Below, in pieces: positions 34,384 to 43,078 of a stretch of 64,000 nucleotides of DNA (positions are counted from its first letter, which is position 1; each line of letters opens with the position of its first letter). Under the pieces are notes generated by a model. It was not told the origin of the DNA. It searched no databases and saw nothing but the letters and a program-made list of their open reading frames with translations. The translations under genes were made by a program, and so were the position numbers. This DNA is from a virus (lineage: Duplodnaviria > Caudoviricetes). The stretch lies in IMG/VR virus record IMGVR_UViG_3300049781_000059, positions 10,199 to 74,198 of that record, one strand, 5' to 3'.

Positions 34384-34598
34384 TGGGTTCCCTCTGGGAC
34401 GACGGTGACGGTCTCGTCCATGTGCAAGGTCTGGCGGCTGTCGTCGCCTCTGCGGTCCCAGCCGAGCACGAGATGGGCGACGCCCGCCTGCCAGTCACGA
34501 TCGATGGCGGTGATGTACATGACCCGCCCGTAGCTGACGATGCGGTCCGTGCGAATGAGCTGACTGACCTGCTTTGTGGTCATGGTCTCGTTGGTCAC
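34380..34598 (-). CDS. Hypothetical protein (SH3-like size and pattern)
   Basis: 72 aa with GGAG RBS. Confidence 0.55.
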   Translation of the reverse strand: MTNETMTTKQVSQLIRTDRIVSYGRVMYITAIDRDWQAGVAHLVLGWDRRGDDSRQTLHMDETVTVVPEGTQ

Positions 34599-34631
34599 GG
34601 GGATCTCCGGCCGGTAGTGAGAGGTGGGTGG

Positions 34632-34997
34632 TCAGGCGATGTAGTGCGGGATTCGGGACTTGCAAGCGGGTCGACCGTGTTCTCCTTCGCGGAGGAGGGC
34701 GAAGTCGGCGCCTGGACGGCAGGCGGGGTGGTGGTGGCGGCATTCAGCGTTGTTGCCGACCGTGACAACGGGTCCGGTGATCTGTTTCCAGCAGCTCCAG
34801 CACACTTCATCGGGGACATGCCAGGTCCCGAAGGTGGGGTGTACGTACTCGGTCGGGATGCCAATGAACGCGGCCTCGTATGCCCAGGCGTCGGCGCGGG
34901 AGGTCCAGGCATCGGCGTCGGCCACTCGGTCGCCAGCCATCCGGGCAGCGTCCATGAGGTCGCTGACGTGCCGGTGGAGACGGTAGGGGTCCGGCAT
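34632..34997 (-). CDS. Hypothetical Cys/His-containing protein
   Basis: ATG 34997 with AGGAG RBS; CWSC...CRHHHPAC. Confidence 0.6.
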   Translation of the reverse strand: MPDPYRLHRHVSDLMDAARMAGDRVADADAWTSRADAWAYEAAFIGIPTEYVHPTFGTWHVPDEVCWSCWKQITGPVVTVGNNAECRHHHPACRPGADFALLREGEHGRPACKSRIPHYIA

Positions 34998-35005
34998 CAG
35001 ATCTC

Positions 35006-35344
35006 CTAGGCGGCGAGCGACAGTCGGGCGGCGGCGAGTTTGAACTCCATCCGGCGCGGGCGGTAGGCGGCGGCGATCACCGCGACCTGCATGGGCGTGT
35101 ACCGCTGACAGTCCCGCATGCGCTGCCCGCGGTGGATACGGCCCGGGATGCCGACGACACCAAGCTTGGCGGCGACCTTGCGGAGGGTGCCGACCATGCT
35201 GCGGGCGTCGCGCGGGGCGAGGCCCTGGGCGATGGCGTGGGAGGCGAGGGTGCCGGTGCCGCGACGGTTGATGCGGGCCCGGGCGCGGGTGGTGCGGGTC
35301 CGGGCTTTGAGTGTGGCGCGGCGGACGCGGTTCGAGGTGATCAT
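35006..35344 (-). CDS. Highly basic hypothetical protein
   Basis: 112 aa, Arg/Ala-rich; ends YRPRRMEFKLAAARL. Confidence 0.6.
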   Translation of the reverse strand: MITSNRVRRATLKARTRTTRARARINRRGTGTLASHAIAQGLAPRDARSMVGTLRKVAAKLGVVGIPGRIHRGQRMRDCQRYTPMQVAVIAAAYRPRRMEFKLAAARLSLAA

Positions 35345-35404
35345 GCGGGTCCCCCTTGGTGTGGATCTGCGGTGGATCGGTGGGCCCGGCCTCCCCCGGG
35401 CGGG

Positions 35405-35752
35405 TCAGGCGGGGATGACGCAGATGTCGCTGCCGCCGAGGAACCGGGTGTCGGCGGCCGTGGTCCGGACGATGCGGAGCGGCTGGCCGTCGCGGTTGGT
35501 GACGTGCCATTCCTCGACGGTGCCGCCCTCGGCGAGGGTTTCGGCAATGTCGGCCTCGGCCTTGGTGATCGTGTGGTGGCCCCACGGGCTGCCGTAGCAG
35601 TCGTAGTTGGCGACGACGGCGGGCTCCGGCTCGGGCTCGACGACCGGGGCGGGGGTGGGGGTGTTGAGGTCGCGGATCGGCTGCGGGTCGATCGGGGCGA
35701 GGACGATCGCCGTTCCGATGATGGTGGCGGTGGCGAGTTCGTAGGTGTCCAT
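35405..35752 (-). CDS. Hypothetical protein, first gene of the leftward small-gene operon
   Basis: ATG 35752 with GGGAG RBS, 115 aa. Confidence 0.6.
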   Translation of the reverse strand: MDTYELATATIIGTAIVLAPIDPQPIRDLNTPTPAPVVEPEPEPAVVANYDCYGSPWGHHTITKAEADIAETLAEGGTVEEWHVTNRDGQPLRIVRTTAADTRFLGGSDICVIPA

Positions 35753-35859
35753 GTGCGCTCCCGTGTTGGCTTCTTGGCCATCAGTGCCGACTGGCAACTC
35801 ACTAGCGATCATGTGTTGCGCTGCCGACACCTCAGACAGTAGCGCTGAGGCATGGGCAC

Positions 35860-35881
35860 CGCAACCCTCTTGCGATACATT
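35860..35881 (+). promoter_or_regulatory. Palindromic operator plus -10 of a probable leaderless promoter
   Basis: CGCAA-ccctc-TTGCG 35860-35874; TACATT 35876-35881 ends 6 nt before ATG 35888. Confidence 0.55.
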
Positions 35882-35887
35882 GATGTC

Positions 35888-36169
35888 ATGACGTCGACCC
35901 CGCCCACCCTCGAAGAGATCGCCGCAGCTGGCACGCGCCGACAACGCGACGCCGACCGACTCAAGAAGTCCAGCGACGAACTGCGCGAACTCGTCCTCGC
36001 CGCCCTCCGCGAGGGCCACCTGAAACCCACCGAGGTCGCCAAAGCCTCCGGCTGGACCGGCGCGCACGTCCGCAAGATGGCTCGCGACGCCGGAATCGAG
36101 CCGGACGAGCGGTACAGGGAGCGGGCAGAGCGACTCCGCAAAGCCCAAGCAACAGAGGAGTCCGCATGA
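35888..36169 (+). CDS. HTH DNA-binding protein
   Basis: LVLAALREGHLKPTEVAKASGWTGAHVRKMAR; divergent from the small-gene operon. Confidence 0.75.
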   Translation: MTSTPPTLEEIAAAGTRRQRDADRLKKSSDELRELVLAALREGHLKPTEVAKASGWTGAHVRKMARDAGIEPDERYRERAERLRKAQATEESA

Positions 36170-36519
36170 TCGACGGCCTACCCGAGTGGCTGACCACGCA
36201 GCTCGACATCGACGAGGCGAAGGCCCGCGCCTGCTCCGGCAACGGTGAGTGGACGGCGCGCGACATCGCAGTCTTCGGCGCTGACCTGTCCCCCGGAGTG
36301 CGCGAGCACATGGCCGCCCACGATCCGGCGCGGGTGCTGCGCGAGATCGACGCCAAGCGGCAGATCATCGACCTGCACCGCAGCGGCCAGCACCATCAGT
36401 GCCGCACGGGCGAGCATGACGACGGATACGCGAAGTGGGTCGGCATCTGTACGACACTGCGCTTGCTCGCCCTGCCCTACGCGGACCGGCCCGGCTACCG
36501 CAACGAGTGGCGCCCGTGA
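36166..36519 (+). CDS. DUF6221-like protein
   Basis: HDPARVLREIDAKRQII...LRLLALPYADRPGYRNEWRP. Confidence 0.7.
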   Translation: MIDGLPEWLTTQLDIDEAKARACSGNGEWTARDIAVFGADLSPGVREHMAAHDPARVLREIDAKRQIIDLHRSGQHHQCRTGEHDDGYAKWVGICTTLRLLALPYADRPGYRNEWRP

Positions 36520-36647
36520 CCGCAATCTACCTGCCCGACTCGGGGAGTCTCCCGCCGTGGGTGGGCATCGTCGTCGGCACGGTCGTCCTGGCGCTGGCCG
36601 GGCTGCGCGTGTACCGGCTGTGGCGGGCATGGCGGCGCCGCAGGTAG
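36516..36647 (+). CDS. 43-aa single-TM microprotein
   Basis: GTGA overlap; WVGIVVGTVVLALAGL followed by an Arg-rich tail. Confidence 0.55.
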   Translation: MTAIYLPDSGSLPPWVGIVVGTVVLALAGLRVYRLWRAWRRRR

Positions 36648-36701
36648 CCGGCTTCCCCCAATCCTGCCCCGCCCACCTTCCGGGCGGGGCAGACTGCTGT
36701 C

Positions 36702-36893
36702 ATGGCGATCCGGGTGAGCGTCCAGGCGGCGACCGAGGACGAGTGCGTCGAGGGCTTGGCCCGCCTGGTCGATGCCGGGTTCCAGCCGGTGATGATGCCC
36801 CGGTACATGACCGACGGACGGTGGATGGCACGCGCGGTGCCCACGGCGAAGGCCCCGGCCGGGGATGGTCGGGGCCTCGGCGTCGCCGACTAG
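36702..36893 (+). CDS. Hypothetical protein
   Basis: 63 aa. Confidence 0.5.
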   Translation: MAIRVSVQAATEDECVEGLARLVDAGFQPVMMPRYMTDGRWMARAVPTAKAPAGDGRGLGVAD

Positions 36894-36914
36894 TACAGGG
36901 CAGGGGCCGGAACG

Positions 36915-37265
36915 CTACTGCTGGCTGGCCGTCGTCGACTCGGTGTGCGTCCACTCCCGGTGCTCTTGCCGCGCGTAGCCGATCGGGTCTTCGATCCAGT
37001 GGGCTGGCGGAATGGGGCCGAGGCCGGTGCCGTGTACGAGGTCGTGATCGACGAGTTCGCGGGCGTACAGGGCGGCGTAGATGATTTGGTCGCTTACCCA
37101 GTCGGGTTGGGTGGGGTGTTCGGATAGGCGGTCGATCACGGCCGCCCGGCGGATCAGGAATTCGCGTTGCAGGGACTCGCCGTCTGGCTCCAGCCTGAAG
37201 ATCTCCAGCCGTTGCACGGCGTACAGCTCAGTCAGCAGGTGCACGATCTGACAATTGCCTTCCAT
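36915..37265 (-). CDS. Hypothetical helical protein
   Basis: 116 aa with less GC-biased codons than its neighbours. Confidence 0.55.
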   Translation of the reverse strand: MEGNCQIVHLLTELYAVQRLEIFRLEPDGESLQREFLIRRAAVIDRLSEHPTQPDWVSDQIIYAALYARELVDHDLVHGTGLGPIPPAHWIEDPIGYARQEHREWTHTESTTASQQ

Positions 37266-37287
37266 GGGGGTGATCCTCTCGCGGGTG

Positions 37288-37319
37288 CGCCCCGCCCCAT
37301 ATGTTCGCGGGGCGGGGCG
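37288..37319 (-). terminator. 11-bp stem-loop
   Basis: CGCCCCGCCCC-atatgttcgc-GGGGCGGGGCG. Confidence 0.6.
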
Positions 37320-37362
37320 TCTCGAATGTGCTGGTCGGCGGTCTACTGCAGGAGAGTTGCTG

Positions 37363-37572
37363 TTAGCCGATGCGGCGGGCGCTGGATCGGACGATCCGGC
37401 CGGCCTTCATCTCGGGGTGCTTGCTGATGATCATCCCTTTTGCTTCGGCGATCAGGTCGGCCTCCGTGGGCAGCGATCCGCCCCCTCCGGTGACGCTGAT
37501 CGTGTCGTTGTATTCGGCGAAACGATCGCCTTTCTCCATGCGGACGTGCACGGCCCAAGTCGTGTGCTGCAT
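37363..37572 (-). CDS. Hypothetical protein
   Basis: 69 aa, GGAGG RBS. Confidence 0.6.
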   Translation of the reverse strand: MQHTTWAVHVRMEKGDRFAEYNDTISVTGGGGSLPTEADLIAEAKGMIISKHPEMKAGRIVRSSARRIG

Positions 37573-37712
37573 TTTTCCCTCCGGGTGGTTTGTACGGTCA
37601 TGGTTTCGCGGTGCAGGGTTGTCGTCGGGGCCGCAGGACCCGACGGGGCGTGATGGCGGTCACATTCCGCCCCTTGTTGGCTGCGGCCACTAGGCGGACT
37701 CGGGTCTCGGCT

Positions 37713-37875
37713 TCAGTCGCCAACCATGCCCGCGGCGTTGAAGCGGTCGGTGACCGCGCCAAGCTGGACGATCGCGTCCAGGCCGACCGCCGCGGTTGGT
37801 GCGTCGGCGATGAAGGTAACTGCGTCGCCGAGCTGGCGGATGAGGTCGACAGCGGTGACCGCCCCGGGGGGGCAT
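37713..37875 (-). pseudogene. Small gene shifted by one extra base in a C7 run
   Basis: ATG (TGATG overlap) then 7 C; removing one C gives MPPGAVTAVDLIRQLGDAVTFIAD...GMVGD* with host-like codons. Confidence 0.45.
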
Positions 37876-38177
37876 CAGTCCCACACCCAGTTCTCGCCGG
37901 CCTTCGCAGCGCGCTGTGCCGCGCTCGCGAGGAGGTTTGCGAACTGGCCCCACTCGGGGCCCATCGTCCGGCTGCGGGCCGCCTTGGCCAGGAGGACGGC
38001 GACGCGCCCAGCCTGCGCGGGCGGAGTGTGGACGGGTGTGTACAGCCGCCCGTCGAAGAGGTAGGCGACCTCCCGCCACTCGGCACCGGTGAGGGCGTGA
38101 GCGAGATGCTGACCGAGGTTGGCGATGGTGAGCGCGGACCGGGTGGACGGCACTCCGTGGCTGATGCTGATTCCCAT
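37875..38177 (-). CDS. Hypothetical protein
   Basis: 100 aa, TGATG coupling, ends GENWVWD. Confidence 0.65.
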   Translation of the reverse strand: MGISISHGVPSTRSALTIANLGQHLAHALTGAEWREVAYLFDGRLYTPVHTPPAQAGRVAVLLAKAARSRTMGPEWGQFANLLASAAQRAAKAGENWVWD

Positions 38178-38401
38178 CAGAGCCCCCTCTTTGCGGCCTT
38201 CTTGAAACGCTTCGGGAGCTGGCTCTCGGTGTCGATGACGGCCTGGTTGAGCCGCTGGTACTCGGCGGTTTCGTGGATGATTCCGGCTGCGGCTTCGCGG
38301 GCCGTGTTCTCGGCGAGGGCGGCCGACGCCTGGTGGTGGGCGGCGATGAGCCGGTTCTCGTCGGCGTACACGTTGAGCTCTTCGGGGGTGGGCTTGGGCA
38401 T
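38177..38401 (-). CDS. Hypothetical protein
   Basis: 74 aa with AGGAG RBS. Confidence 0.65.
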   Translation of the reverse strand: MPKPTPEELNVYADENRLIAAHHQASAALAENTAREAAAGIIHETAEYQRLNQAVIDTESQLPKRFKKAAKRGL

Positions 38402-38409
38402 GGCTTCTC

Positions 38410-38622
38410 CTATCGGGTGGGGACGTGCTTCTGGTTGGGGTCGTGTTCGGCGTGGTAGGAGGCTGCGGTGACGGCTCCGAAGGAGCTGTTGTAGGGCGTG
38501 TTCTGGAGGTCGGGGCAGCCGGAGCAGATGACGCGGTATTCGTCGGCCTCGTAGTCGGCTTGGGCGTAGACGAAGCTCCCGTCGGGCGCTTCGAGGATCC
38601 GGCTGATGCGTTCGAAAGCCAC
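38410..38622 (-). CDS. Hypothetical Zn-binding-like protein
   Basis: GTG 38622 with AGGAG RBS; ICSGC...HAEH. Confidence 0.55.
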   Translation of the reverse strand: MAFERISRILEAPDGSFVYAQADYEADEYRVICSGCPDLQNTPYNSSFGAVTAASYHAEHDPNQKHVPTR

Positions 38623-38629
38623 GGGTCTC

Positions 38630-39130
38630 CTACTGGCTGCGAGTGTGGGCGTGGCGGGCGGCGCGGTCGAACGCGCGGAGGGCGGGGCTGGCGCTGGCCT
38701 GCTGCGCGTTCCAGCTGGGGATCGTCTCCGCGTGGGCGAACTGGTCCTGGATGGCGTCAAGGAGGGCGACGCACGCGTCGTGGGCGAGGTCCCGGTCGCC
38801 GCGGGCTTCGAGCCGGATGGCCTGGATGGGGCAGACGGCGCCCGTCTCGTCGAACACGGCGTCGCGACACCAGCCGACCGTCTCGATCCGCAGCCGGGCC
38901 CGGTGGAGCAGGTCGGCCAGCGGTGCCCGGTACGGGGACGGGGCGGCGTCCGGCGTGGGCAGGGTCTCGGCGATGTGCGGGATGGGGTCGGCTCCGGGCA
39001 GGTGCGCCGTGTTCACCTCGAAGGCGACCGACGCCTCGGCCAGGCGCACGCTCATGGCGGCTTCGACCAGGGCGAGCCGGGCGTCGAGGTCGAGGACGGG
39101 CGCCGTGGGTGCGATCGTCGCCGTACTCAT
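38630..39130 (-). CDS. Hypothetical protein (DUF6197-like)
   Basis: ATG 39130; GWCRDA...VCPIQAI...IPSWN motif. Confidence 0.6.
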   Translation of the reverse strand: MSTATIAPTAPVLDLDARLALVEAAMSVRLAEASVAFEVNTAHLPGADPIPHIAETLPTPDAAPSPYRAPLADLLHRARLRIETVGWCRDAVFDETGAVCPIQAIRLEARGDRDLAHDACVALLDAIQDQFAHAETIPSWNAQQASASPALRAFDRAARHAHTRSQ

Positions 39131-39312
39131 CGGCGGGCCTTGCCGTTGTCGCACTTCTTGGGGCAGGGCACCCGACGCTGCACCCCGCCGAACGCGGTGA
39201 ACAAGACACCGTTCCCGCGGCAACACCAGCACAGGCGGCGGGCCTGGACTTGCTCGGGTGAGAGGCGGCCGTTCTGCGCCTCCCATTCCTGGTCGGTCAT
39301 GGTCTGGGGCAT
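39127..39312 (-). CDS. Small zinc-finger-like protein
   Basis: CWCCRGNG...CPKKCDNG, DnaJ-like CxxCxGxG pattern. Confidence 0.6.
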   Translation of the reverse strand: MPQTMTDQEWEAQNGRLSPEQVQARRLCWCCRGNGVLFTAFGGVQRRVPCPKKCDNGKARR

Positions 39313-39352
39313 GATGAGGGTCTCCTCGTCGATCTTCGGGTGGGCGTGGGGA

Positions 39353-39396
39353 CCGGGGCGCCCCTGTGGCTGCCAGGCTGTGAAGGGGCGCCCCGG
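39353..39396 (-). terminator. 13-bp stem-loop
   Basis: CCGGGGCGCCCCT...AGGGGCGCCCCGG. Confidence 0.6.
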
Positions 39397-39402
39397 GCGT
39401 AG

Positions 39403-39816
39403 TCAGACGCGCCAGACGCCGGGGCGCCGCCGGGTCTTCGGGTTGGAGGTCTGCCGGGCCTGCTTCTCCAGACCGCGCAGCTCCGCCTCGTCCAAGATCC
39501 CCTCGTAGTCGTCGTTGCCGAGCGGGCCGGCGACCTGGGGGGCCCGGTCGCCGATGTAGCGGGCGCCGCGGGGCGGCTCGGTGTAGACCGTGCCGCAGTT
39601 GCTGAGCAGCGTCGTCGGCGAGTAGTGGCCGGTGGTCCAGTTGGCGCTGCCCCAGGACCGACCGGTGAACGTGTGCTTGTTGTAGACGCGCTCCGACCCG
39701 AGGCCCCAGTCGCGGCCCTCGGCGACCGTGTACACGGTGGTGCCCTTGCCGCGCCGGTTCAGGTAGCGGGTGAGGTCCCGGGCGCCCCTGTTGTTGGGCT
39801 CGAACTTCTCAGACAT
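39403..39816 (-). CDS. Hypothetical protein
   Basis: 137 aa with GGAG RBS. Confidence 0.65.
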   Translation of the reverse strand: MSEKFEPNNRGARDLTRYLNRRGKGTTVYTVAEGRDWGLGSERVYNKHTFTGRSWGSANWTTGHYSPTTLLSNCGTVYTEPPRGARYIGDRAPQVAGPLGNDDYEGILDEAELRGLEKQARQTSNPKTRRRPGVWRV

Positions 39817-39861
39817 GCGATGATCTCCATTTCTGGTTTGTGGTGGTTTGTTCCTATTGGG

Positions 39862-40575
39862 TCAGATCGCTTGGCGGCGTTGAGCTACCGAGGGCCGCGC
39901 CGTTCGGCGCCTGGTTCTCCGGGGCGGGCGCCGCTCAAGCAAGTCGGCCAACGTCTCCTGGAGCGCGTTGAGACGAAAGCCGCGGACTCTGGGCTGCCCA
40001 TCGACGAGGGTCAGTTGTGCCACCGGAACGTCGATCACTTCTTCGGCCATGGCGGCAGCGAGAAGCTTCCCGACTCTGCATGAGTAGAGGTGGTCACTCT
40101 CTCCGTCGACGCGCACATACGCCTGGTCGACGGTGGCCATGTAGGCAAAGACTTCCCGCTTCGTGACGTTCCCCCGGCCGGTCAACTTCGCGGCGTCGAT
40201 CAGGTGGTTGATCAGCATCTTCTTGCCGGTCAGGTAGGTGATTTGTGGCGCTACGTAGTCGTGCTCAGCGTCCGCTCTCTCGGCGTGGGTCACGTAGCCC
40301 ATCAGCACAGCGGCAGACGCGACGACCGCGGCGGGGTTCTCGTCGCCGAAGTCGAACCATTCGCCGTGGATGCGGTAGGGGGCGAACCGCTTATGCAGAT
40401 CGCGCTCTAGCGACTGCCCGCCGCGTGTCTTCCAGATGAGGTACAGAGGCAACGGTGAGCCGGTCTGCAGCTCGGCTATCCGAGATTCCACGGTGCTCGC
40501 GACGCCGATCTTGACCGGCCGAGCCCCCAGGGTCCCGACTAGGTAGACCCACCGACTCTCCTGACTGCTTTCCAC
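39862..40575 (-). CDS. GIY-YIG (T5orf172/MUG113-like) nuclease with TraB-like C-terminal winged helix
   Basis: WVYLV...PVKIGVA...SRIAELQTGSP...LERDLHKRFAPYRIHGEWF; the C-terminus aligns by eye with the end of the adjacent FtsK protein. Confidence 0.75.
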   Translation of the reverse strand: MESSQESRWVYLVGTLGARPVKIGVASTVESRIAELQTGSPLPLYLIWKTRGGQSLERDLHKRFAPYRIHGEWFDFGDENPAAVVASAAVLMGYVTHAERADAEHDYVAPQITYLTGKKMLINHLIDAAKLTGRGNVTKREVFAYMATVDQAYVRVDGESDHLYSCRVGKLLAAAMAEEVIDVPVAQLTLVDGQPRVRGFRLNALQETLADLLERRPPRRTRRRTARPSVAQRRQAI

Positions 40576-40782
40576 TCTCTCCTCCAGGGAGCGTTTTGTG
40601 ACACTTTGAGCACGTGCTAGCCGCTGCTCATCCTCAAGAACTTGCAGGTCAGCGCTGCTGAGCCATTCGCTGGGCTGCCGCTATCGAGCAGCGTCATAGC
40701 TTCGACCCAGCGGCACCCTTAGCGACGCCGACCTGCGGTGATGCGACGTCGAGCAGCCCTTAGCGGGGGGATACTCTTCGCA
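40576..40782. other. Candidate cis-acting locus of transfer (clt-like intergenic region)
   Basis: 207-bp non-coding gap directly after the FtsK/TraB gene, with short repeats CCCTTAGCG x2, CGAGCAGC x2 and CGCTGCT x2. Confidence 0.3.
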
Positions 40783-43014
40783 TTACGGGCGCAGATGGAC
40801 CGCCAGATCGTCTCGCCTGTAGCCACGTGGATTCGACATCCCGTCCCAAGCGCCAAGCTGAACTGGCTTGCCGACGGTCTCGGCGAGGGCACTCTTCAAC
40901 GTCTCTCCATCCATGCCCCCGTGAGCGTCCGGAGCGTGCTCAGCCAGGGCCGCGGCGAGTACTTCTGTGCGCATTCGGTCCACGCCTCGCTTGTCCATCA
41001 CGTCGACCGCGTCGCTGATGAGTTCCATGACTTCGTCGGCGTCCGACCCGGCGGGCGGCTCGGCGTCGCACAGGCGCAGCAGTTGCTCCCATGTGAGGAG
41101 CGAGACGGGTGCGGGCCTCTTCAGGTCGCCGTTCTTGTCGAACTCGGCCTCCACGTACTCGGGCAGGTCGACGCTCCGCATCCCGTCGAGGCTGTCCTGA
41201 TCGGGGTCGAGCAGTCCGGCCTCCAGTCGTTCGGCGGCGAGCTTCCGCAGCACATCGGACGGCGCTTCGTGGATGGCGTACTCGATCGGCTCGTCGGGCA
41301 TCCCGGGCACGCCCTGGATGAAGATGTGGCCGGCATCCTTGGGGTCGGTGTCGGTGGCGGGACTGAGCTTGTGCGGCAGGTAGCCCGCACGGACTGCGTC
41401 GTCGCCGAACACGGCCCGGGTGTCGCCGACCTTGCACGGGCCGACAGCGGTGAGGGCCATCATCTGGGCCATGTTCTCGCCGAGGTAGCGGGTGGTGCCG
41501 CCCTGTGAGGCGTACTGCACCTGGATCAGTTCCTTGCGGCCAACCAGCATCAGGTCGAAAGCGAGGAGCTTGCCGAGATCGGACAGCTTCGGAAACTCGT
41601 CGATGAAGATCGTGACGGCGGGGCGTTCGACGCTGGGCTTCCACGTCTTGCCCATGCCGAACTTCTTACGCAGCCGGGCCCTCACCTTCGACATGACCAG
41701 GAAGAACAGCAGGACCGATTCGATCTGCTCGTTGGAGCGGGCAGTGATCCGGACGGCATCCCCGAGGTCTTCGAGGCCGTCACCGTGCGGGTCGCAGTCG
41801 ATGGTGATGTTGTCCCGGCAGGCGGTAACGCCCTCGCCGAGGGCCTGGAGGATGCCGGTCTTGCCGCCGCCGGACGCGGCAACCCACAGGCCCATGACGC
41901 CGGCCAGGGACACTTCGAGCGGGTCGCCGCCGACGCTGGTGCCGATCCGGAACCGGTCGGTGATCGACAGGGACTTGGGGGCGCGGTACGGCAGGCCGGG
42001 GGCGGTGGCGAACGGATCACCGTCGACGAGGCGGAGGATGGCGCAGGCCCGGCGGGCGCGGATCGGCTGGGGGCGGACGCCGTTGGTGGGCAGGTCGAAC
42101 TTGGTTTCCAGCGCACCCGACTTCGCAATGATCGTCTCGGGCGTGCCTTCATCGACGCGGACGACGCACTGCCAGCCCCACGGCTGCCGCTGCACGTCCG
42201 CCACCTCAACGATCGGCACACCCTCGGCACGGGCAGCGAGAAGCACGCATTCAGCGAGCTGCTGCGGCGTGGACACGTTCCGGAGCGGGAACGGCTTGGC
42301 GCCTTCGGCGAGCTGCTCGACGTTCATGACGACGTGCGATCCGACGCTCATCGCTCCCCCGGCCTGCATCGGATCCGCCAGGAACGTGGCGGGCAGGCTG
42401 GCCGGGGCCTCCCCGAAAGGGGCATCGGCCTGACGCGGCTGGAACGGACGAGAGATCAGGTACCAGGCGAAGCCGGCCGCAGTGCTGGCCGCAAGCAGGA
42501 GCAGCGGCTGACCGGTCGCGGCCTGCTCAATCACGGTACCGAGCACGGGCATGGTGGCGACGCCGCCACCGGCAACCGCAGCGGCCCGGCCCATCTTCTT
42601 GCCGCTGCGCGCCGCGTTGATCTCACGGTCGGTGGGCGGCAACACGATGGTCGCCTGAAGCGCGGCGAGCTTGGCCTCCTCCTGGGCGGCACGCCCGGCG
42701 AGGCTGGACAGGGTGGCGGCGCTGACGTTGTCCCCCTGCATCTTGGCGTACTCGAAGCGTCCGTGGGCTTCGGCGACGATCCGCTGCTGCTGGGCGACCT
42801 TGTCGGCGTGCTTGCGGTTCTTGCGCTCGGTGGCGGCCTGGATGATGTCGACGTGGTCGAGGTCGTTGCCGGCCAGCCAGTCCTTCGTGCGGGCCGACGC
42901 ATGTGCGCGCTGCTCGGCGAACGCTTCCTTGATTCGCTGCTTGCGCGGGACGGTGGGCGGCTCGGTGGGCATGGGTGGGATCTGCTGCTCGACGGGCTCA
43001 GTCTCGGTGGCCAC
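40783..43014 (-). CDS. traB: FtsK/SpoIIIE-family conjugative DNA translocase (TraB-like)
   Basis: N-terminal coiled coil, TM pair, Walker A AASGGGKTG, Walker B IFIDEFP, VGRK...SQ, C-terminal wHTH ending RGYRRDDL. Confidence 0.85.
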   Translation of the reverse strand: MATETEPVEQQIPPMPTEPPTVPRKQRIKEAFAEQRAHASARTKDWLAGNDLDHVDIIQAATERKNRKHADKVAQQQRIVAEAHGRFEYAKMQGDNVSAATLSSLAGRAAQEEAKLAALQATIVLPPTDREINAARSGKKMGRAAAVAGGGVATMPVLGTVIEQAATGQPLLLLAASTAAGFAWYLISRPFQPRQADAPFGEAPASLPATFLADPMQAGGAMSVGSHVVMNVEQLAEGAKPFPLRNVSTPQQLAECVLLAARAEGVPIVEVADVQRQPWGWQCVVRVDEGTPETIIAKSGALETKFDLPTNGVRPQPIRARRACAILRLVDGDPFATAPGLPYRAPKSLSITDRFRIGTSVGGDPLEVSLAGVMGLWVAASGGGKTGILQALGEGVTACRDNITIDCDPHGDGLEDLGDAVRITARSNEQIESVLLFFLVMSKVRARLRKKFGMGKTWKPSVERPAVTIFIDEFPKLSDLGKLLAFDLMLVGRKELIQVQYASQGGTTRYLGENMAQMMALTAVGPCKVGDTRAVFGDDAVRAGYLPHKLSPATDTDPKDAGHIFIQGVPGMPDEPIEYAIHEAPSDVLRKLAAERLEAGLLDPDQDSLDGMRSVDLPEYVEAEFDKNGDLKRPAPVSLLTWEQLLRLCDAEPPAGSDADEVMELISDAVDVMDKRGVDRMRTEVLAAALAEHAPDAHGGMDGETLKSALAETVGKPVQLGAWDGMSNPRGYRRDDLAVHLRP

Positions 43015-43041
43015 GGGCCGATGTCCTTCCGGGGTCGGGGG

Positions 43042-43065
43042 GCGGGGCCCCGGTCGGGGCCCCGC
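43042..43065 (-). terminator. 10-bp stem-loop between the membrane gene and traB
   Basis: GCGGGGCCCC-ggtc-GGGGCCCCGC. Confidence 0.5.
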
Positions 43066-43078
43066 GGGTGGGCGTGGC

